A stretch of 64,000 nucleotides of DNA from an uncultured delta proteobacterium (GTDB lineage Bacteria > Desulfobacterota > Desulfobacteria > Desulfobacterales > QNYZ01): positions 256,001-320,000 of the forward strand of contig CAWJQU010000008.1 of assembly GCA_963845145.1 (NCBI GenBank), in the 5' to 3' direction. Positions 58,089 through 64,000 of this stretch are shown here, piece by piece. A program made the position numbers and the translations under genes. Position 1 is the stretch's first letter, and every line of letters starts with the position of its first letter. The notes beneath the pieces were generated by a model. That model was not told the origin of the DNA. It saw only the letters and a program-made list of their open reading frames with translations, and did not search any database.

Positions 58089-58871
58089 CTATCTCCCCAT
58101 ACCGGACAGATACCACAGGATGATTTCCGGACCGAAAAAAATAAAACCGATGGCGCCCACCGAAAGAAAGGGCCCGAAGGGAATCGCCAGTTTCATTTTC
58201 TCTCCTGACCCGCGCATGGCGGCGATCCCGGTCACCGCACCCAAAAGAGAGCCGAAAAACACGGTAAACAACACGCCCTGCCAGCCACAAAGCGCACCAA
58301 TCATCGCCAGCAGCTTGATATCGCCGCCGCCCATCCCCTCCTTGCCCGTAATCGTGGAATACCCAATGGCCACCAACAGCAGACTTCCACCGCCGGCAAG
58401 AATGCCGATCAGAGACGTTTGCCAGGTCATTTGCGGTAAAAAAAGGGCCGCGATAAACGCCAGGGGGATTCCGGGCAGGGTGATACGATCAGGAATGATG
58501 CGATGATCAATATCGATAAACGTAATAACGATTAATACGACCGTAAATAAAAAATAGATAGCTGTCTCAGTAGAAAGACCGAATTTTGCCACAAGGGCCA
58601 TGGCGAACCCACCGGCCAACAGCTCTACGGCCGGGTAACGCCAGGGAATCCGAGCGTCACAATCCCGGCAACGTCCCCTTAACATCAGCCAACCAAACAC
58701 GGGGATATTATCATATATACGTATAGATGTGCCGCATTGGGGACAGTGTGAAGCGGGAAATACAATGGATTTACCGGTCGGCAGTCGATAGATGCATACG
58801 TTGAGAAAACTACCGATGCACAAGCCGAAGACGAGAACCACAACATAAATGGCGATAACGGGCATAACCAT
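58089..58871 (-). CDS. pilD: Prepilin peptidase/N-methyltransferase
   Basis: GSFLNVCIYRLP, CPQC/CRDC, IDIDH, GMGGGDIKL and IPFGPFL. Confidence 0.95.
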   Translation of the reverse strand: MVMPVIAIYVVVLVFGLCIGSFLNVCIYRLPTGKSIVFPASHCPQCGTSIRIYDNIPVFGWLMLRGRCRDCDARIPWRYPAVELLAGGFAMALVAKFGLSTETAIYFLFTVVLIVITFIDIDHRIIPDRITLPGIPLAFIAALFLPQMTWQTSLIGILAGGGSLLLVAIGYSTITGKEGMGGGDIKLLAMIGALCGWQGVLFTVFFGSLLGAVTGIAAMRGSGEKMKLAIPFGPFLSVGAIGFIFFGPEIILWYLSGMGR

Positions 58872-59131
58872 GGCCAGAGAACGTAATGGGCTTAGGATTA
58901 AAAATCAAGTATCATATTCTCAAAAGTCTAGCGTCAAACGCATATTGTCTTATCCGTATTGTCAATAACTGTATTGTCAAATTAGGATCATGTCTTATTA
59001 TATACTGTTCTGTCACTTTCGAAATGGTCCAGTGGGCCCAAGATCAGGCACGGCAAGTCGCCTAAGACGGGTTAACCACTGGAACATATTGTGTATTTAA
59101 TAGATTACCCGATAGATAATCAGGAGCTTTC

Positions 59132-61522
59132 ATGGCCGAAACGGACAAAGATGATTTGATTGGCATTATTGAGGACGCGATTGACTTGGAAAAGCTTCCA
59201 ACCGTGGTTCCTTTGATGCCGGTCCGTGATGTTGTTGTTTTCAGCGATATGCTGCTGCCGCTCTTTGTCGGACGGGAACGTTCGGTACGGGCGTTGGAGG
59301 AAGCCGTCGAGAAAGGTGGCTATATATTACTATGTGCCCAAAGAAATCCGGCGGTGGAAGACCCGGACGCTGATGATATATTTCGGACCGGCACTATCAG
59401 CCGAATTTTACGCGTTTTAAAATTGCCGGATGGACAAATGAAGGCCCTGGTTCAGGGCTTGAGCCGCGCCAAGATCGAGCGGTACACCCGCAAGCGTTCT
59501 TTTTACCGCGTAAAACTATCCCTCATTACCGAACCGGCCGTGGAGGAGATCAGTGTCGAGATGGAGGCATTGATGCGCAATGCCCGTGATCATTCGGAAA
59601 AAATTATGACGTTCCGGGGAGAGATGACCAGTGAGATTAGAGGGATCCTTGATAGCATTCAGGATCCTGGACGACTGGCCGACGTGATAGCCTCCAACCT
59701 GCGCATGAAAATCGATGAAGCGCAGATGCTGCTGGATATCATCGATCCGGTTGAGCGGTTGACCAAGGTCAGCGATTTTTTGCTCCGCGAAGTGGAGCTC
59801 TCCTCCATTCAGGCCAAAATTCAATCCAGTGTTAAAGATGAAATCTCCAAAAGCCAGCGGGACTATTTCCTGCGTGAGCAAATGCGCGCCATCCACCGTG
59901 AACTGGGCGAAACAGATGATAAATCCCGGGAAATCGATGAATATGGGGCTAAAATAAAAAATGCCAAAATGCCCCTTAAGGCCAGGGATGAAGCCAAACG
60001 CCAGCTGAAACGGCTGGATCAGATGCACCCGGATTCGGCGGAATCAACGGTTATCAGGACGTATCTTGATTGGCTGGTGGAAATGCCCTGGAGCCGTTCG
60101 TCCAAGGGAAAAATCGATATGTTGCGGGCCAAAAAAGTACTCGATTCTGAGCATTACGGTCTGGAAAAGGTTAAAGATCGCATTTTGGAATACTTAGCGG
60201 TACGCAGGCTCAACCCAAGACTTAAGGGTGCTATTCTCTGTTTTGTCGGACCACCGGGTGTCGGCAAAACCTCCTTGGGTCGTGCTATCGCCAAGGCCAT
60301 GAAGCGCAAATTTGTGCGTATTTCACTGGGTGGTATTCGCGATGAAGCTGAAATCCGAGGCCACCGCAGAACCTATATCGGCGCACTGCCCGGCCGCGTC
60401 TTGCAAGGCTTAAAACAGTGCGGCACCAATAACCCGGTTTTCATGATGGATGAGATTGACAAACTTGGTGCCGATTTTCGAGGGGACCCTTCCTCCGCAT
60501 TGTTGGAAGCCCTGGACCCCGAACAAAACAATGCATTCAGTGACCATTATCTCAACGTACCCTTCGACCTCTCCAATGTGATGTTTATCCTGACGGCCAA
60601 CATGACCGATACGATCCCCTCTGCCTTATTGGACCGCATGGAAGTCATCGAACTTTCCGGTTATACGGAGGAGGAGAAATTGGCGATTGCCGAACGGTTC
60701 CTGGTGCCACGTCAGGTCAAGGAAAACGGCTTGAAAAAACGACACCTTTCCCTTGGTGAGGCTGCCCTCACGGAAATGATCCGTTCGTACACCTCTGAAG
60801 CGGGCCTCAGGAATCTGGAAAGAGAGATAAGTGCCATCTGTCGCAAGATTGCCCGGGGCCTCTCCGAAGGTAAAAAAGGGACCTCTTCCATCACCCGCCG
60901 AAACCTGGAAAAATATCTGGGGGTGGCCAAATTTTTTCCGGAAATGAACGAAACGGAAAACCAGGTGGGCTTGGCGACCGGATTGGCCTGGACCTCAGCT
61001 GGGGGTGAAATTTTACACATTGAGGCCACCCTTATCGGTGGCAAAGGCGATTTAATCGTTACCGGACAATTGGGTGACGTCATGCAGGAATCCGCGCGGG
61101 CCGCATTAAGTTATGCCCGTGCCAATATGGGTAAACTCGGCATTAGAAAAAGTATCCTCGACAATGCCGATATTCACCTCCATGTCCCTGCCGGCGCGAT
61201 TCCCAAAGATGGCCCTTCAGCAGGCATCGCCATGGCCACGGCTTTAATCTCAACACTTTCCAACAAAGCCGTGGATCATCGCATCGCCATGACCGGCGAG
61301 GTTACCCTGCGCGGGCGGGTATTGCCCATCGGTGGTTTAAAAGAAAAAGCCCTGGGGGCCTTACGGGCCGGCATCCGAACCATCCTTATTCCGGATTTGA
61401 ACCAGCGTGAATTGGTCGAAATACCGGCAAAAATCAGACGTAAAATAAAATTTGTGCCGGTTAAAACCATGGACGATGTCATCCCCATAGCCATTCCAAA
61501 AGCCCGCAAACCGGCCGCCTGA
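59132..61522 (+). CDS. lon: ATP-dependent Lon protease
   Basis: GPPGVGKT, GHRRTYIGALPG, DEIDK, PKDGPSAG and IGGLKEK. Confidence 0.97.
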   Translation: MAETDKDDLIGIIEDAIDLEKLPTVVPLMPVRDVVVFSDMLLPLFVGRERSVRALEEAVEKGGYILLCAQRNPAVEDPDADDIFRTGTISRILRVLKLPDGQMKALVQGLSRAKIERYTRKRSFYRVKLSLITEPAVEEISVEMEALMRNARDHSEKIMTFRGEMTSEIRGILDSIQDPGRLADVIASNLRMKIDEAQMLLDIIDPVERLTKVSDFLLREVELSSIQAKIQSSVKDEISKSQRDYFLREQMRAIHRELGETDDKSREIDEYGAKIKNAKMPLKARDEAKRQLKRLDQMHPDSAESTVIRTYLDWLVEMPWSRSSKGKIDMLRAKKVLDSEHYGLEKVKDRILEYLAVRRLNPRLKGAILCFVGPPGVGKTSLGRAIAKAMKRKFVRISLGGIRDEAEIRGHRRTYIGALPGRVLQGLKQCGTNNPVFMMDEIDKLGADFRGDPSSALLEALDPEQNNAFSDHYLNVPFDLSNVMFILTANMTDTIPSALLDRMEVIELSGYTEEEKLAIAERFLVPRQVKENGLKKRHLSLGEAALTEMIRSYTSEAGLRNLEREISAICRKIARGLSEGKKGTSSITRRNLEKYLGVAKFFPEMNETENQVGLATGLAWTSAGGEILHIEATLIGGKGDLIVTGQLGDVMQESARAALSYARANMGKLGIRKSILDNADIHLHVPAGAIPKDGPSAGIAMATALISTLSNKAVDHRIAMTGEVTLRGRVLPIGGLKEKALGALRAGIRTILIPDLNQRELVEIPAKIRRKIKFVPVKTMDDVIPIAIPKARKPAA

Positions 61523-61615
61523 TGTCTTTCGTGAATCGGCCGACGGATGTCTTTCGTGTGAATTGGATTGGGATTGAATTCATTCATTACCCCATTTGGA
61601 CTTAAATAATACCCA

Positions 61616-62293
61616 ATGGCGATTCTAGGCGTCGATACCAGTACACGAAGCTGTAGTGTGGCAATTGTTGCTGAGGCCGGGCTGTTGGCTGAAATAACCC
61701 TGGACAACGACCAAACCCATGCCAGACATGTGATGGAACTGGTTGACCGGGTGTTGGCATTGGCCGACGTTGCTTTAAACACTCTGGATGGATTTGCCGT
61801 CACGCGGGGCCCCGGATCGTTTACCGGGCTTCGAATCGGGCTTAGCACCATCATGGGGCTTGGTCAGGCCACGGGAAAACCGATTGTTGCCGTTTCAAGC
61901 CTTGAGGTCCTTGCGGCTCAAGTGCCCTCGGTACCGATACCGATTTTTTCAATGATCGACGCGTATCGAAATGAAGTCTATCTGGCCGCTTATCGTTATG
62001 AAAAAAGCCGGTTAAACCGATTCATCGAAGAAACCGTCGTCGATCCCGAAAAAATATCAGATTTGATTCAGGAACCGTCCCTTTTGGTGGGAAACGGCAC
62101 GGCGACCTATCGCAGGGTATTGGCTAACCATCTGGGCGAACGGGCCATGTTTACGCCGAACCGGCTGCACACCATTCGCGGGGCTACGGTCGCCGAATTG
62201 GGGCTGATGCAGTTAGCGTCAAAAGGGCGTAATGCGATGGATATCACCCCGGTCTATTTACGCCAAAGTGATGCCGAACTGAATCGAAAATAA
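61616..62293 (+). CDS. tsaB: tRNA threonylcarbamoyladenosine biosynthesis protein
   Basis: ILGVDTS, GPGSFTGLRIG, IDAYRNEVY and PVYLR. Confidence 0.95.
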   Translation: MAILGVDTSTRSCSVAIVAEAGLLAEITLDNDQTHARHVMELVDRVLALADVALNTLDGFAVTRGPGSFTGLRIGLSTIMGLGQATGKPIVAVSSLEVLAAQVPSVPIPIFSMIDAYRNEVYLAAYRYEKSRLNRFIEETVVDPEKISDLIQEPSLLVGNGTATYRRVLANHLGERAMFTPNRLHTIRGATVAELGLMQLASKGRNAMDITPVYLRQSDAELNRK

Positions 62294-62503
62294 GTTGAGG
62301 GCCTCTTTTGTCTTGGAATCGATCCCGTTATGATGCCTTGGATATGCAAACCCCCATTAATCCGGATGGGTGCCAAATGGTAACTTTACGTTGACATTTC
62401 AGTATTTTTTACTAATATAGATAAGATTTGACTGATAGAATTAACTGGCGCGTTGGGGGCCGAAATCCGGTGCCTAAGCAATGTGAGCCTTTATTGGAGT
62501 AAG

Positions 62504-63175
62504 ATGGAAGAATTTTCCTGGACCGATACGCCGAACCCGACAGCTTTTCCCATTGCCAGGCCCGGGTACCCGCTGATATTTGCCGGTGCATTTGTCACTG
62601 CGGTTCTGGCGCTGCTGGGAATGGTGATTCCGGCGCTGATCGCCCTTGCGGCGACGCTGGGTATTTGTTGGTTTTTCCGTGACCCCGACCGGATCGTCCC
62701 CATGGCACCGGGGGCGTTGGTTTCGCCGGCGGATGGTAAAATCATCGTCGTGCAAAAAGAAGCCGGCAATCCCTATTTTGAAGGACCTTGCCTTAAAATA
62801 AGTGTGTTTATGAACGTGTTTAACGTTCACGTAAACCGTATTCCCCACGAAGGGAAGGTCAAGCGAATCGTGTATTCACCGGGTAAATTTATGGCGGCGG
62901 ATAATGAACAGGCCACCGATAAAAATGAGCGCAATGCGGTCGTTATTCAACTGAAAAACGGTCGAGACATGGCTGTTGTTCAAGTGGCCGGCCTGGTGGC
63001 CCGACGGATTATTTGCGGGCTGCAATCCGGTGAGACTGTTTCCCGCGGCCGGCGGTATGGTATGATCTGTTTTGGCTCGCGCCTTGACTTGTACCTTCCG
63101 GAAGATTTCGAGCCAAACATTTCAAAAGGCCGGAAAACGAAAGCAGGAACAACTATTTTGGGGTATCTGAAATGA
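62504..63175 (+). CDS. psd: Phosphatidylserine decarboxylase proenzyme
   Basis: FFRDP, SPADG, NVHVNR, NERN and cleavage motif FGSR. Start taken as ATG 62504. Confidence 0.93.
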   Translation: MEEFSWTDTPNPTAFPIARPGYPLIFAGAFVTAVLALLGMVIPALIALAATLGICWFFRDPDRIVPMAPGALVSPADGKIIVVQKEAGNPYFEGPCLKISVFMNVFNVHVNRIPHEGKVKRIVYSPGKFMAADNEQATDKNERNAVVIQLKNGRDMAVVQVAGLVARRIICGLQSGETVSRGRRYGMICFGSRLDLYLPEDFEPNISKGRKTKAGTTILGYLK

Positions 63176-63942
63176 GAAAAGCCAAACATTCAAGTCGAAT
63201 AAAAAGACGTCGCGGGATTTATATTCTGCCCAACGTGTTAACATCTTTGAACATCATGTTCGGTTTTTATGCCTTAATCAGCGCCATCGATGGAAAATTT
63301 ATCCATGGGGCCGTGGCCATTATTATCGCCGGTCTTTTTGATCAGCTGGACGGTAAAATTGCGCGCGCCACCAATACAACCAGTGCCTTTGGGGTGCAAT
63401 ACGACTCTCTGGCCGACCTGATATCTTTCGGGGTGGCCCCCAGTATCATGGTTTACTTATGGGCCTTAAAACCCCTGGGTCGAATCGGGTGGCTGGCGGC
63501 GTTTCTTTTTACCGTTTGCGGGGCTTTGCGTCTGGCACGCTTTAATACGCAATCCGAATCATCCGATGGTGAATATTTTACAGGGCTGCCGATTCCGGCT
63601 GCTGCCGGTTTGATCGCTACGACCATCTTATTTTATCACCGCATTCATCTGGCTGAAATACCCAGTGCCATGATTCTGTTGGCTTTTGTATATATTCTGT
63701 CTTTCCTCATGGTCAGCAACATTAAATATTACAGTTTTAAAAAGCTTGAGCTGTTTAAAAAAATGAATTTCAATGTTCTGGTGGCGATGATCCTTGTTTT
63801 GATTTTCATTGCCGCCCAGCCGTCCATCGCTCTTTTCCTGACCGGTATGGTCTATCTACTTTCCGGACCGTTCATCACATTTCGGCATTTAAAAACGGTT
63901 AGAGAAGAAAAGAAGCTGGCCCGCGATACGAATATCGAGTGA
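63172..63942 (+). CDS. pssA: CDP-diacylglycerol--serine O-phosphatidyltransferase
   Basis: DQLDGKIAR...G..YDSLADLISFGVAP, LRLARFN and FTGLPIP. Confidence 0.95.
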   Translation: MRKAKHSSRIKRRRGIYILPNVLTSLNIMFGFYALISAIDGKFIHGAVAIIIAGLFDQLDGKIARATNTTSAFGVQYDSLADLISFGVAPSIMVYLWALKPLGRIGWLAAFLFTVCGALRLARFNTQSESSDGEYFTGLPIPAAAGLIATTILFYHRIHLAEIPSAMILLAFVYILSFLMVSNIKYYSFKKLELFKKMNFNVLVAMILVLIFIAAQPSIALFLTGMVYLLSGPFITFRHLKTVREEKKLARDTNIE

Positions 63943-64000
63943 TCCCAACCCAATTATTTAAGGTGTTGTTAAACCAATAACGCCAATACGATTCGAAACG

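Noticed and set aside
59024..59087. SRP RNA or a known riboswitch
   Set aside because: Lacks the SRP GGAA tetraloop/AGCAG pattern and any riboswitch consensus I can confirm. Kept only as an unassigned hairpin.
61521..61558. 13-bp direct repeat gatgtctttcgtg after lon
   Set aside because: Two short copies with no associated element or evident function.

Overview
64 kb of bacterial DNA. Gene content and intergenic repeats suggest an anaerobic Desulfobacterales-like deltaproteobacterium (inference). 1.7-14.3 kb is a divergent betaine/methylated-glycine locus. Its minus-strand arm holds a GcvT-family dimethylglycine/sarcosine dehydrogenase, EtfBA, a GFA protein and a divergent non-pyrrolysine MttB-family methyltransferase. 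Its plus-strand arm holds a BCCT transporter, an orphan binding protein, a channel gene, a USP and a FadR-type regulator. The channel gene is the standout feature: a 730-aa ProX-type betaine-binding domain fused to a complete GluR0-like ligand-gated K+ channel. Other highlights are an ODP-like di-iron protein with a pseudo-receiver behind a sigma54-type promoter, a selenocysteine MsrA with a candidate SECIS that the ORF track splits, and an exported protein whose peptidase S74 domain is put out of frame by a 23-bp direct repeat. Also present: an internally deleted gene copy, several MITE/REP-like repeats, two type II TA pairs, a HutC/Liv ABC module, tandem pilT, and housekeeping genes (rnr, rho, trmL, DEAD-box helicase, pilD, lon, tsaB, psd, pssA). 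Five genes carry small frameshifts, possibly sequencing errors. I saw no rRNA, tRNA or CRISPR array. All family calls come from motif recognition by eye, not from database searches.
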